Both the position numbers and the translations under genes were made by a program. The notes under the pieces are model-generated. The model saw nothing but the letters and a program-made list of their open reading frames with translations. It ran no database searches and had not been told where the DNA came from. A DNA stretch of 64,000 nucleotides from Octopus vulgaris (Eukaryota), in contig OX597832.1 of the NCBI GenBank assembly GCA_951406725.2, forward strand, positions 68,572,001 to 68,636,000. The letters run 5' to 3'. This document shows positions 51,301 to 64,000 of the stretch, one piece after another; within the stretch, counting starts at the first letter, position 1; the number at the start of each line of letters is the position of its first letter.

Positions 51301-53421
51301 TGCTCTGATAGCCTTCTTTGCTACACTGTTCCACTGCCACACCACTCATGGTCTGGTTGGGAAATTTCCCCAGCCACAGATGCTTTGAAGTCATATTGAT
51401 GTTCCTCCTGAATTTTGTTCTGCTACTAACTGAAAGAATCTTCTTGAAGTATTGAGTCCACTCCATGGTGGGTGACTATCCTGATTCCAACAAACAACTA
51501 CAACCTAAAGGAATCAATCAATATTTATGAACCTCCTGCAACTGTAAATAGTATCAATATATCTATGAGTGTTCACTGCTTAATTCTTTCATTAAGTGCT
51601 GTGCCTGGTGATAGAATATTGATTCTTAGTCCCAAGATCATTGCTTCTTTGAGATTCATATATGTCTACACAACCTCCATCTTTATGATTGCATACCAAA
51701 TCACTTGTTGAAGCCATGCGCAAGATTCACTGTAGTCACTGAACATCCCTGATGTGGAAATTATATCTCCTCTGCATCACATCTTGTTCTCTTAAATTAT
51801 ATAAGGGACATATTGTAGAATGTATTTCTGGATGTGTTATGGCTCTCCAGAAATGGATTACATTGTTACATTTGGTGTGTCTTTGATTTCAGGAGTCACA
51901 AAGTATATAAAGAATTTAAGAGTCTAAGAATGGAAATCTTATTTATTAATTCATTTACATGGAATCATCCAACTTTGTTTCAATTAGTTTTGAATTCCTT
52001 AAAGCTCTGAAGAATACAAAAATGACTGAAGCAAATTTATAAGTTTGTGTGTGTCTGTGTCTGTGTGCACGTGCATGCTTGTGTGTGTGTATATGCATGT
52101 GAACACATACACATATGCATATATGGCTGAAAAGCTGTCTTTCCAGCCAAGTGGTTTTGTGTTCAATCCCATTGCACAGCATCTTGGATAAGACTCTTCC
52201 ACTATAGCCCTGGGCTGACCAAAGTCTTGTAAGTGGAAACTGAAAAACAAAACACTTCCTCTGTAATTGTAGATATTTGTGTGTATATGTGTACCCTTGT
52301 CTTGATATCAGGTGATGGTATCAAATAAATGCTACCATCATATAAATAATGTTGTTTGCTTCCAGTCTTGGGTGAAAAATGTTTAACCAAGGAAAATATT
52401 ACCTTGGATGAAAACAGGTAATGGTTGATGACAAAAAGGTAATCCAGCCATAGAAAATCTACCTCCATGAATTCCATCTGACCCATGCAAACAAGGAAAC
52501 GTGGATGTTAAAACAATGGTGATGATGATGATGATGATATGCAAAAGCTTAATTGAATTATTGATAGATCACAAGAAATGGTGGTGCCTTATCATTTCCT
52601 TTTCTTATTTTTATTCTTGTTGTTATTTTTCTTTTATTCTTTTTGCATAAATCCTATCGTCCATAAACAGTTATTCACCATAAAAAATATATAATTTCAA
52701 AAATGCAATTTAAGGTTACAGTGTCAATTTCTATGGTGAAAATAGCTTCTAAGGTCATTTACGATATGAAATATATTTCATACAAATCGCCAGAAATGTA
52801 GAATGTGAAATAACTGCTCTTATACTTAAATAAGACAGAAAGATAGTAAATTAGAATAGTAATGTTCCCATTTGTGAGAGGCAGTAAACATATCGCATAT
52901 AAAACGCTTTTAAAATCGATAAATTCAGAAAGCTACAGCCATTCTGAAAAGTTTTAAGTATCTTGTAATAAAACCGAAAATCCGCCTCATCTGAATAATG
53001 TACAAATAGCAAACATTTTTGTACAACTCTTCATGTCATTGTCCTCAAGTCTGTCGGTAATATACACTTCAGGAGAACAATAGAAGGTATCGATATATAT
53101 GTGTGTGTTTAACAATTTCACTGGAAACTAACAACATATCTATGTATTTGCGTACAACTCTATATATGTGTGTGTACGTGTGTACATATGTATCTGTAGA
53201 TCTCTGTGTGTCTATGTTTATGTATATATATGTATGTGTGTGTGTATATATATGCACACATATGTGTGTGTGTGTATATATATATGTATATATGTATACA
53301 CACATGTATATTAGGGTGAATGTGTGTGTGTGTGTGTACATATGTATCTCTAGATCTCTGTGTGTCTATGTTTATGTATATATATATATATATATATATA
53401 CATACATACATACATACATAC

Positions 53422-53466
<45 letters not shown>

Positions 53467-55845
53467 TGTGAGATATGAAAGCAATTGAAAATATAAAATC
53501 TTCGTATCAAATGATATTTTGCCATTTGTTATAACGCTATTAAAAATAATCATATAATAATAGCACAGTACACCACTACACTAGCTGTTCCGATATATTG
53601 ACAGGGAGTTTGGCTTTTGAATATATTCAATGGCACGGCTTTCTTGAAATCTACACAAATTTACATGAGTTACAGTTATATCCTCTTAGGAGAATGTAAT
53701 GAATAATTTAATGACTAGGTAATCAAGTTATGAAAAACTTTTGGCCAAGACCTGATCATCCATTTATAGACCAATATCTGTCTTAATTTCTATTATTAGG
53801 GAATGATATATCTTGTTCTGTTTGGTATTTACTTCAATAAATAAAATTTATTGCTGACTAAGTTACTCTCCATTGGATATATGCAACTTCAAACCACCAA
53901 ACAGTACCAAATACGATGTGTTGAGTATTAAATAATCCAGAATGTGTTGGGAAAAGAATCAGAAAATTATTCATATTTAGACTGAAAAAGTAAAAGCAAG
54001 CAAGAAGGCATTGGTTCTTATATTTCAGTAATTTTATCCATTTGTTTGTTGTTATTGTTGTTTAAACCTAGGCCAGCCTAGATAAAGCATACCTAAATGC
54101 AAAGATGTTCCAGCTGTGACCATCTTGTCAGTTTCACCACATAAAGAGCTTAATTAATGTGTCTAATGTTGCCTTGCTTTATAGAAAGACAATCAGCAAG
54201 GTGATTTGAAGCAAATTTAGCAGGTCAAGGGATGGCTCAGAGTCAATCTCATTAGCCTGTGTATAGAGCTTTGGTGATGGTGTTTTTGTTTAACACAATC
54301 TACCCACACCAAAAACACATGCAATCAATATTCTTTTCTACTCTAGGCACAAGGCCAGAAAGTTTTGGGGATTAGATCGACCCCAGTACACAAAAATAGT
54401 ACTTAATTTATCAACTACAATAGGATGAAAGGCAAAGTCGACCTCGGCATAATTCAAACTCAGAACATAAAGACAGATGAAATACCGCTAAGCATTTTAC
54501 CCGGTGAGCTAGTTCACTTCCTTCACCTGCAATCAATATTACCAGATTGAGCTGTTACAGGAAACAGAGTCCATCTCAGGCCATCACATTATCAGACATG
54601 TCCTTCTTGTTTTAAGGCAGAAGGATGTGATACATATGGAATTTCACTGGTATTTTTGTAAATATTCCCTCATTGGGTGAGCATCTTTAAACATGTGAGC
54701 ATCTTGTGTCTGTAATTGCAGTTGTTCATGTTCAGTTCAGTCACAACTGAAAAGATCTGAGATGAAAGGCACTCTAACAGTGACCATCCAGTCTGCTTAT
54801 TGCCATATTGTGTTCCAAATTGCAATTCACTTGTGGCTTCATTGTTATTCATAACAAGTCAAATAACATGCAATATGTCCTACATCAGCTGGAAGTTAGT
54901 CCAATGGAGGGGTACTGTAGGAAACGTTGAGTATGGAAGGACTGCCCTCTCTTTGCACACATTTATGTTTTTACATATGGCTGTAAGTTCACATTCCAGC
55001 CGAGTGGTTCCAGGTTCAATCACATTGTGTGGTATTTTGGACAAGTGTCTTCTACAATTCTCTTGGGTTGACTAAACATTGGAAGAGGATTTCATAGATA
55101 GAAACGTGTGTGTATACGTGTGTGTGTGTGTTTGTACCTATGTATGTGTGTATGTCTGCATGCACAAGTGAGTTCATATTTCCTTCAAGGACAATGACGT
55201 TTTAATTTACATATTGAATATTTTGCTATCTTTGCAGAACACTTCCCATAATTAATCTTAAATGAAATCCATTTTCATTTACCAAGAAGTGCACTAAATG
55301 AACTCTCCACAGATATTTCATTGAATTTATCCAAAGAAATCAAAATTTCAAAATAAACTCAAAATACCAAACAGTGTTAAGTGTGGGGTGGGGGATTTAA
55401 ACAGATAAAAACCAGCCAATTCTGTCAAATAGTGTAAAACAAAATAAAAATGATAAAATTATGTAAACATAACAAATAATTGAAAGTAAGACAAAAAAAA
55501 AGCACATATATTTTTGGCCCTTTTTAAATTCTTGTTTTTAGGTCATTTCTTGGTGGCATTTATTTTATTTAGTGACTTTATTTGTTATTTTTTAAATTTT
55601 CAATATTTTGATTTTTTTTTTTGCGATTTCTATCTCTATCCTTTAACTTTGCAAATCAATGAAAATTTTACACTCAACTGTCTTCTCAAAAACATAGAAA
55701 CACAAACCAAAAGGTTGTGATGTAGCAACGTTCCTTTTACATATATATATATATATATATATGTAGGTCCCGGGTTGATTCGGGGTTAACCACAGTAAAT
55801 AAGGTACTCAATACATAGCAGAGTAAAATTAATTTATTATATAGA

Positions 55846-55899
55846 AGGAGCTTCTACAGGACTAGAACTGTTTCATTCAAGAGAAATCTTCAGGAAGCT
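55846..55899 (-). ncRNA. Type I hammerhead ribozyme (left arm)
   Basis: Reverse complement of 55905-55958. Confidence 0.8.
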
Positions 55900-55901
55900 T
55901 C

Positions 55902-55958
55902 AGGAGCTTCCTGAAGATTTCTCTTGAATGAAACAGTTCTAGTCCTGTAGAAGCTCCT
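55902..55958 (+). ncRNA. Type I hammerhead ribozyme (right arm)
   Basis: aggagcttc CTGAAGA t-ttc-tctt-gaa-t GAAA cag-ttctagtc-ctg TA gaagctcct. 9-bp stem I, GUA site, U.U at the base of stem II. Confidence 0.85.
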
Positions 55959-55964
55959 TCTATA

Positions 55965-55995
<31 letters not shown>

Positions 55996-56056
55996 TTTAA
56001 AAATATAAATATATGAGAGAATGGAGCTGAACGACGAATTAACAAAATTCCTTTAT

Positions 56057-56137
56057 TTTCGACATATGTTTCGAAGGCTGCATAATCCTAATTGCAAAGG
56101 AATAAGGAGTACATTATGCCGCTTTCTCATCAGGAAA
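56057..56137 (-). ncRNA. Type I hammerhead ribozyme in the inverted pLTR
   Basis: Near-exact reverse complement of 57820-57902. Confidence 0.85.
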
Positions 56138-56368
56138 GCAAGGAACTTATGTCAACATCAAAATGCACAAAAAACTTTTAGATGATTGCTCACACGGAGC
56201 CCATAGCGATAATGAGTGTCTCTTTAAAATATTCCTTTATAAGGAGTGACGTCAAAATGGTTGGATGTAGAAGATTCTAGAAGGTTGTAAAGGTTCAAGG
56301 GTTGTAAAGGTTCATAGATTTCTAGTGTTGGAGAATGCAATCCTCAATGCAATATCAATTCGCATAAG

Positions 56369-57220
56369 GTGAGGATTGCATTCTCCAACACTAGAAATCT
56401 ATCGCAGATAATTGCCTCCCATAATAATAAGCTGCTAAATAAGGACTCTTCACCCAGGAGTAGCGACACTGCCCTTACCAATTCCAACCTAACATACAAT
56501 AATAATAATAATAGAAATAGTATTGATATTAGCAACATTCATAGCAGCATTGGCGTTAACAATAGTAATAATGATAATAACATTAGCCGAATTATTAACA
56601 GTGGTGGTGTTAGTGATAATAGTAACAGCATTTCTAATAACAGTTGTATTATTGATGATAACAATCACAGCATTCCTATAGTCAGAGAAATTGCCGACGA
56701 TATTACAATTAATAGTAATGATAATAAGATGAATAGTTTCGTGGCCAATGCTAGCAACAATATTTACACCTATCATAACAATAAAAACTCTGTTTTAGTA
56801 TCGGAAGTTAACCCCAACAGATTAAAGTTCTTATCCAAAAATTCCAAAATTAGAAACACCATTTACCAGTGCAAAATTTCTTCTGGAACCGATGTCTTCT
56901 TCTACATTAGAGCAACTTCTTCTAAATTAGCCCAAAGGATCTCCAATCATTATTCAACTTTCCGAGATAAGAGAAAACAACACAGCATGGAACTAAGTAA
57001 ATTAGTTTGGTGTCTGAAGGACAGCAATACAACTTTCAAGCTGGAATGGTCCATATTGTCGGTGTCCTTTCCGTTTGATAAGGGCAGAAAGCTTTGTGGC
57101 ATCTGTAATTCCGAACTTTTTCATATTTTGTTCGCCAAAGTCCCTTTAATAAATACAATCGTCGAGAGGTCCTACAGGTGCATGCACTGGCAAAAACAAA
57201 CCTTTCACTCATATGAATAA
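56369..57220 (+). pseudogene. PLE C-terminus: thumb end, Asn-rich linker, GIY-YIG endonuclease with CxxC insert
   Basis: RIAFSNTRNLSQIIASHNNKLL…NTIYQCKI…FYIRATSSKLAQRISNHYSTFRDKRKQHSMELSKLVWCLKD…LEWSIL…LCGICNSE…RCMH. YIG is mutated to YIR and there is no RT core. Confidence 0.85.
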
Positions 57221-57819
57221 TGATTAATATAGATAACCCCTTGAATTTTAATTAATATAACTTTTTTTATATATGTCACCCCCATAGTCATAAAAAAATT
57301 TTTCATACTTTCAAAGAACTACTACCCAATCCAGTGAGGTATGTGTTGCCTTAGTCCCCCTACCTCGCCCTCCTCTTTCTCTCTCTTTCTCTCTCTATAT
57401 CCCTCTTTCTATAGTAAGCACAATCAAACACACAGACACAAACCTCTCACCTCACCACTGTCTGTTTTCTGACATCTACCCATCCACATACACAATCACG
57501 CACACACATACACAAACACACACATTAATGCAGTTATATACAGTCACACACACAGGCACTCATTCACAAAATAAATTAACAAAATCCACCATTCATATGA
57601 CCTGCACCCTTTCACCTTCCTATTCTTATGCCTCTCTCCTCCAACTTCGTTTGAACCCTTGAACCTTTACAACCTTCTAGAATCTTCTACATCCAACCAT
57701 TTTGACGTCACTCCTTATAAAGGAATATTTTAAAGAGACACTCATTATCGCTATGGGCTCCGTGTGAGCAATCATCTAAAAGTTTTTTGTGCATTTTGAT
57801 GTTGACATAAGTTCCTTGC

Positions 57820-57902
57820 TTTTCCTGATGAGAAAGCGGTATAATGTACTCCTTATTCCTTCGCAATTAGGAATATGCAGCCTTCGAAACATATGTCGAA
57901 AA
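57820..57902 (+). ncRNA. Type I hammerhead ribozyme with long stem II and palindromic stem III
   Basis: ttttc CTGATGA gaaagcggtata…attcct-tcgcaatt-aggaat…tatgcagccttc GAAA catatg TC gaaaa. Predicted cleavage after C57897. Confidence 0.88.
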
Positions 57903-58103
57903 TAAAGGAATTTTGTTAATTCATCGTTCAGCTCCATTCTTTCATATATTTATATTTTTAAAATAAACATACAAATTTCCACACGAAAGCACGTAATCTA
58001 TGCCCTAGGCACGTAGCTTCAACCGTGTTTTTTCTGATGTGAATTTGCTACCCAGGTATCAGTTAATTCGAATTATCCTTAATAAGATAATTCATTCAAC
58101 TAC

Positions 58104-58176
<73 letters not shown>

Positions 58177-58592
58177 CATACGTACGTACACACACACACA
58201 TATATATATATACATAAGCAAACACACACACACACGCATATATATGAAATTATGAGGATAATTTGGTGCTTGACTGTAGAAAGAAAACTTCAAATGACCC
58301 GTCCTTGTATCATCTATGTGGATGTTTTATTGTCCCTTTTTGTATCACCTAGCTGTCCAGAAGTTTTGCGTTCTTGTCCCATTTTGTATTTTATACACAC
58401 ACACACACACGTATATATATACACATATATATATACATATACATACATATGAAACAGTGCTACATTTTAAACTTTCAGTCTATTTTTTGTATTTATATGC
58501 ATATTCATACGTGCATATATACATACATTTATATATGTACTCAAACATATAATCTACCTATCTCTCTATCTAGCCATCTGTCTATCAATCTA

Positions 58593-58632
<40 letters not shown>

Positions 58633-59069
58633 CTCTCTCTATGTATGTATCTGTATAAACATTTATGTGTTATAAAATTACTTATTTTACAGTTAGGAAT
58701 TTCACTCTTTTTTCTTCTTGTAATTTCTGTTGTTGTATATCAGATTTGTACTTTTTTTTTAGCTTTATCCACAGTTTTTGCTGCTTACCAGTTCACAGGA
58801 ATACAATGGTCTCAGTGGAACACTGAGATGTCATTTGCTCAGTTGGGAATACAACTGAACAATTACATTAAAATTGATCAGATGTGCTCTCCAAGTGGAT
58901 TGCAAGATGGTTATTGGCAAGACTAATGTATAGATACATACATACGTTCATATATATATATATATATATATGAAGTGATGGTATGTTGCCAACTTAATGT
59001 GGCAGTCCCATGAAAGGGAAGAATGCTACTGTTATTTAACCCTAGGAAACACCGTTTCCTCTTTACTAA

Positions 59070-59700
59070 ATATACTAAATTTATAATTATATATATAATT
59101 ATATTAAAGGGATTAGGAAAGAAACTTCTCCAACATGCTGAAAGAAGGCAGCAAATGCACCAAAAATCTACTGTGTAACTCCTACAAGACACAGGTTAAT
59201 GAAAAATACGAAATAAAACTTCACAGCAAATTGTATATTGGGTCCAATTTTGGGATGAAAGCAATAAAAAGAGATTATTTCCCACCATCAGCACGATATT
59301 CAAAGAATTTCCTGCAAGGCTATTTTGATGAAATGAAAAAAAACACGTGGCTGAAAGGAAAAATGAGAATTTGACTTTATTTGGTGCATATGCACAGATA
59401 TTTGTATATGGATGTATACCTTTGCTTTGTATGGGTTTATGGTAAGTATCTGTGATTATGTTTCTTTGAATATTGTGCTGAGGATGGGAAATAAGCTCTT
59501 TTTTTGTTTTCCTCCTGAAATTGGACCCAATATACAATTTACTGTGAAGTCTTATCTAGTATTTTGCATCTGCTTACATACAACCTGTGTCTTATAGGAG
59601 TTACACTGTCGATTTCTAGTGTCTTCTTTCAGCATGTCGGAGAAGGTTCTTTCCTGAGCCCTTTAACATAATTATGTATATAATTATTAATTCAGTGTAT
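59070..59700. mobile_element. Old palindromic HHR cassette (arms ~59070-59307 / 59463-59700)
   Basis: Blockwise inverted homology, e.g. gtgtaactcctacaagacacaggtt / aacctgtgtcttataggagttacac and aaattgtatattgggtccaattt / aaattggacccaatatacaattt. Confidence 0.9.
59472..59538 (+). ncRNA. Type I hammerhead ribozyme; decayed partner on the minus strand at 59230-59297
   Basis: attgtg CTGAGGA [imperfect stem II] GAAA ttgg-ac-ccaa TA tacaat. Confidence 0.75.
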
Positions 59701-59782
59701 GTGTGTGTGTGTGTGTGTGTGTGTCTGTGTGTCTGTGTGTGTGTGCATATGTATTTATAGATAGATAGATTGATAAATAGAT

Positions 59783-59813
<31 letters not shown>

Positions 59814-59834
59814 TACATACATAACAAAAGATTA

Positions 59835-59893
<59 letters not shown>

Positions 59894-59920
59894 TACATGT
59901 ATATGTGTAAGTGTGTATAT

Positions 59921-60020
59921 ATGTGTGGATGTACATGAATATTTAATTGTCTCGAACAAATCTAGGAAAGTGCTCAATTGCTCAACACTCATTGTAGAGT
60001 ATATGGTGGCAATCTCACAT

Positions 60021-60061
<41 letters not shown>

Positions 60062-60240
60062 TGCACATACATGTGTGTGTGTGTGTGCATATGTACATAC
60101 ACATGTATGGATGTAAAGTATATATGTATGTGTGTGTGTGTGTGTATGGTATTGCCACCATATACTCTACAATGAGTGTTGAGCAATTGAGCACTTTCCT
60201 AGATTTGCTCAACATAAATATTTGTGTACATCCACACATA
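59921..60240. repeat. Inverted duplication around a (CA)n…(TG)n core
   Basis: 59957-60013 is the exact inverse of 60151-60207 (57 bp), with looser homology beyond. Confidence 0.93.
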
Positions 60241-60249
60241 TTTAAAGCG

Positions 60250-60485
60250 CCCTTTTAAAGCCTAGCCAGGCTCATGGGCCCAGTTTTAATGGTGTATGTG
60301 TTCCCCAGCTGGACAGGACGCCAGTCCATTGCAGCGTTACTCCTTTTTGACAGCTGAGTGGACTGGAGCAATGTGAAATGAAGTGTTTTGCTCAAGTACA
60401 CAACACGTCGCCTAGTCCAGGAATTGAAACCACAATCTTACGATCATGATGCTAACACCTTAACTACTAAGCCACGTGCCTCCAC
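60250..60485 (-). mobile_element. tRNA-derived SINE (V/CORE-like centre)
   Basis: Minus strand has TGGCTTAGTAG (A box), GTTTCAATTCC (B box) and ttgagcaaaacacttcatttcacattgctcc. Confidence 0.7.
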
Positions 60486-60876
60486 AACATTATGCAAGGC
60501 TCTGATATATTGAATTGGCTGTCAACAATTACCAAACTGGTCCCTCAAATTCAATGAATGGGTCATCTGCCAGGCTTCTGATGACACAGTTCTATAGACA
60601 AAGGGTCAACACATGTCGATGGGAAAATTGCATCCTGAATATTCTGTGAACTAGAATTGAAACTTGTGTCTCTTAGTTAGGAGAGGAATTATTGAGTGAC
60701 AGTTATGACTTCATGGCTGTGCGGTAAGAAGCTGGCTTCCCAACCACTTAGTTTTGGGTTCAGTTTTATTGCACAGCACCTTGGGCAACAAGTGTCTTCT
60801 GCATTAAACCTCAGTTCACCAAGGCATTGTGTTATCAAAGGAACTCCAGAAAACCCATTGCAAATGTATATTTGTT

Positions 60877-60919
<43 letters not shown>

Positions 60920-61871
60920 ATTATAAAGTGACTCAAGGAATGAAATTTTCCTACAAAGTACGTAACTCACTTTGTGATTTCTGTTGATTAACAGTAAAAA
61001 AAACCAAAATTCATATTTACTGACGTCCTGAGTTCTATTTACCAACTTCATACTATCAAACATACCCATACACACACACAAACATATAATTACACGCATT
61101 CACACACACACACACACACCTATATATTCTGAAGTGGAGTGGATCCAAATCGTTGATGAATAATTCAACAGGATGTGAAAATGGAAACAAATTGTGATTG
61201 CCAAGAAAGGCACAAGAGATGACGGCTGGCGTTATTTCCTTCAAACAACAAAGAAAAACAATCTCACCAAAACCAGCAACAACAACAACAACAACGACAG
61301 CAACAACAGTACATCGAAGGTGATTGTAGTGGATATAGCAGAAAGAAAATCATGTAGATACCATTCAGCACAAATTTCCATCTCAAGGATTGGTTTTGCC
61401 GGAAGCTTTGGTGGAAACTACTCCACCACACTAGAATTGAACCCATACTGAAGTGATTACAATATAAACCTTTCACCTCTTCAGCCAGGTGTATGACCAT
61501 TTGCCAAACTTTTGAGGACATATTGTACTATCCTCAGCAAGTGTATCATTGATCAAAGTTGTTCTAGCTATTATCATATGTCCTTCCTTTATAAATATAG
61601 ATCAATGTGATGTTAATCTTGGCTGCTATTTTAGAACATCAGGTGAGGTGGTTGATGATTTCTGTTGTCTCAAGAATATTATTGAAAGAATTGGTGATGG
61701 TTTGATAGCATTTGTATTGGTATCATTTAACCTTTCAGCAATTCTGATCTGGAAGACTCATCTATGACCACAGGAATTCTTTCGGTGACCATCCCATTTA
61801 CTTCACTGACATCTTTCAGGTTTAAACTTAAAACAGAAGTTTGTGTAAGATGGTGCTTGCATCTTGTTGTG

Positions 61872-61916
<45 letters not shown>

Positions 61917-62059
61917 TTACAGCTGTATCATCATGTCAATAACCACACTAAAAGAAGCATCAATCTTTACATTCTAATCTTTTTGCCTTTTCCTTTCTTT
62001 TAATTACAAATTATGTTACAGCACTGGGGCCAAATGTGTATTGGTTTTAACCCTTTCAA

Positions 62060-63030
62060 AATGAGTTTAGATCAGATCCACATCACCCCCTCTGGCTGTT
62101 TGAATTCAAAAGTGAGTCTTTAGCAATGGAAGTGGCAAGAAATGTTTATTGTATTTATGGAGATGAAGCTTTAAATGTCCAGATATGCCAATGATGGTTT
62201 GGTCAGTTTCACTCAAAATTGGTTGTCTCACAGATTCATTTTCATCTGGATGACCAAATTATGTCAATACTGAGCTTCTGAGAAAAATTTAAAGCAAATT
62301 TCATGAGAATTACCAAATAAGTTCAATTCAAGTCAAACTTGAATCATAAAACATCAGGATATCTAACTTTGACCATTTCTCAGATTAGTCAAAGTATCAC
62401 TCGCTGCTTGTCATTGAAAAATAGACTTGTTACTGAATTTTTCTTGGTAGAATCATCAAAAGAGATGAAAAGTGGGTCCTTTATAATGACATCCAATGAA
62501 ATCAATAATGGTTAGTCCCCGATGTGACAGAAGAATCAAGCCCCAAACCAGGACAATACCCAAAAGAGGTTATGCTCTGTGTTTGCTGTGATATGAAGGG
62601 TGTGGTCTTTCAAGAAGTATTAACTGAAGCATCTAATGTGGAGAAATATTATCATCAATTTGATGCACTGTACAAAAATTTGCAGCAAATGTGTCTGTCA
62701 TTGGTTAATCATAAAAAGGTGTTGTTCTTACATGATAATGCCAGGCCACATATTGCCTGAGTCACTCACAAAAGATTATGGTACTCTATATGCAAGTTTT
62801 GCTCCATCTTTCTTACTTTCTAGACTTCATGTTTTCTGACTACCATCTCTTAAGATCATTATAAGATCATTTCAAGAGGTAACAGTTTATTAATTGTAAA
62901 GCGGTTAAATGAATTACTCTGAGTGGTTCTTTGCCTTGAAACCTGATGGATTTTACACCAGGGAGTTCAACAATCTGCCAAATAGAGAGGATTATGCCAT
63001 CAACATTGAGGCAGAGAAATATTATTTTAA
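62060..63030 (+). pseudogene. Heavily decayed mariner transposase, a different family from 25820
   Basis: DEKWVL, KEVMLCVCCDMKGVV, LFLHDNARPH and SDYHLLRSL motifs in shifting frames. TIRs not recognisable. Confidence 0.88.
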
Positions 63031-64000
63031 TCGAATATATCGATTAAGGGTAAAGAAGTGTTTCTTTCCCATCTAGCAATCAAGAGGACTTTGAACTAAG
63101 GTTATATATAACCTCATTAATTGTAGCAGGTATTGTGAGATATGCAGCATTTGTTTGTATATTTATTCTTAATATATTTAGGCAGAAATGTTTGCATACT
63201 AGGCAAAATGCATAGCGATATTTCATCTGTCCTTATGCTCTGAGGTCAAATTCTGCTGAAGTTAACTTTGCCTTTCATCCTTTCTGGGTTAATAAATTAA
63301 GTACCAGTTGTGTACTGGGGTCAATCTAATCGACTGGCCCCCTCCCCCCAAATTTCTGGCCTTGTGCTTAGAGTAGAAACGAATATGCTTAGGTAGATTC
63401 AGACACAACGATATGCTGGTCACTATAGTATACAATCACAGGTGAATAACTTCTCTCTTTTATAGCAACAACATGTTCCACACACTCAGTTTATTGATGC
63501 ACAACATTCTGGAACACCTGTATTTTATCATGTTATCTCATCAGCCTGAAGAACCTGCACCTTTGGGCCTAAATCAAGCTGCTGGATTTGCTTATGCTCT
63601 CAAAAAGCAAACTGCCTGCTAATTAGTGCTTATACCTGCCAACTGATTAAAAAAAAAACAGTCTAGCTCATTATTTGTAGAGCAAGATCTGTAATGATTC
63701 TTTGAGGTCCTGTGTGCCAATGAGCCATATTATGAATAAATATGCTTCTGGCTGTTGAGACATGCTGGAACACTAATGTCCCAGAATCGTGTGTGCCAAG
63801 GAACTGGGTTGAGCACAATATTGTAAAAAAGAGAGATTATTGTACTATGAGAACATTCACAACTATGTCCAGCATATCTTGTGTTCGAACCTGTCCAGAT
63901 GTATTAAAAATAAAAGCAGGAATAATCATTTTACACACAGAAACAACACACACAGAGTATATATATGAAGACCCCCCCACACACACACATATATATTATG

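Larger units (their letters stand above)
55763..55973. mobile_element. Miniature palindromic HHR cassette in (TA)n: perfect 69-bp arms (55831-55899 / 55905-55973) plus a tail at 55763-55830
   Basis: Arms are exact reverse complements with a 5-nt spacer (tcagg). Confidence 0.95.
55993..58107 (+). mobile_element. 5'-truncated Penelope-like retroelement 2 with inverted pLTRs (55993-56303 / 57654-57965) and 3' tail, in (TA)n
   Basis: About 310-bp near-identical inverted repeats, each with an HHR, flanking a GIY-YIG ORF remnant. TA tracts on both sides. Confidence 0.92.

Noticed and set aside
53178-53400. Direct duplication of ~55 bp inside a TG/TA tract
   Set aside because: Ordinary slippage or unequal exchange within a compound microsatellite.
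61194-61521. ORFs around a (CAA)n run
   Set aside because: Short, with no homology cues or splice evidence.

Overview
AT-rich, microsatellite-saturated animal DNA. The repeat repertoire looks like a coleoid cephalopod, most likely Octopus; this is inference. I found no convincing host protein-coding exon, so the window is probably intronic or intergenic, and nearly all ORFs in the track are translated microsatellites. Recognisable content: one full-length but frameshifted mariner (25820-27108), a decayed second mariner, two 5'-truncated Penelope-like elements (PLEs) with GIY-YIG endonucleases, fragments of R4/Dong-like, RTE and CR1/L2 LINEs, several tRNA-derived SINE families and MITEs. The main result, found by folding sequence by eye, is about 17 type I hammerhead ribozyme (HHR) motifs (intact, variant or decayed) from about 9 unrelated sequence families. 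Most sit in non-coding cassettes inserted into (TA)n tracts. Six cassettes are head-to-head palindromes, always with the minus-strand HHR on the left arm and the plus-strand HHR on the right. One contains a 480-nt tandem unit bounded by two HHRs (retrozyme/circRNA-like). A second class of palindrome consists of inverted duplications of flanking DNA centred on TA or CA/TG microsatellites. No structure or homology call was checked computationally.
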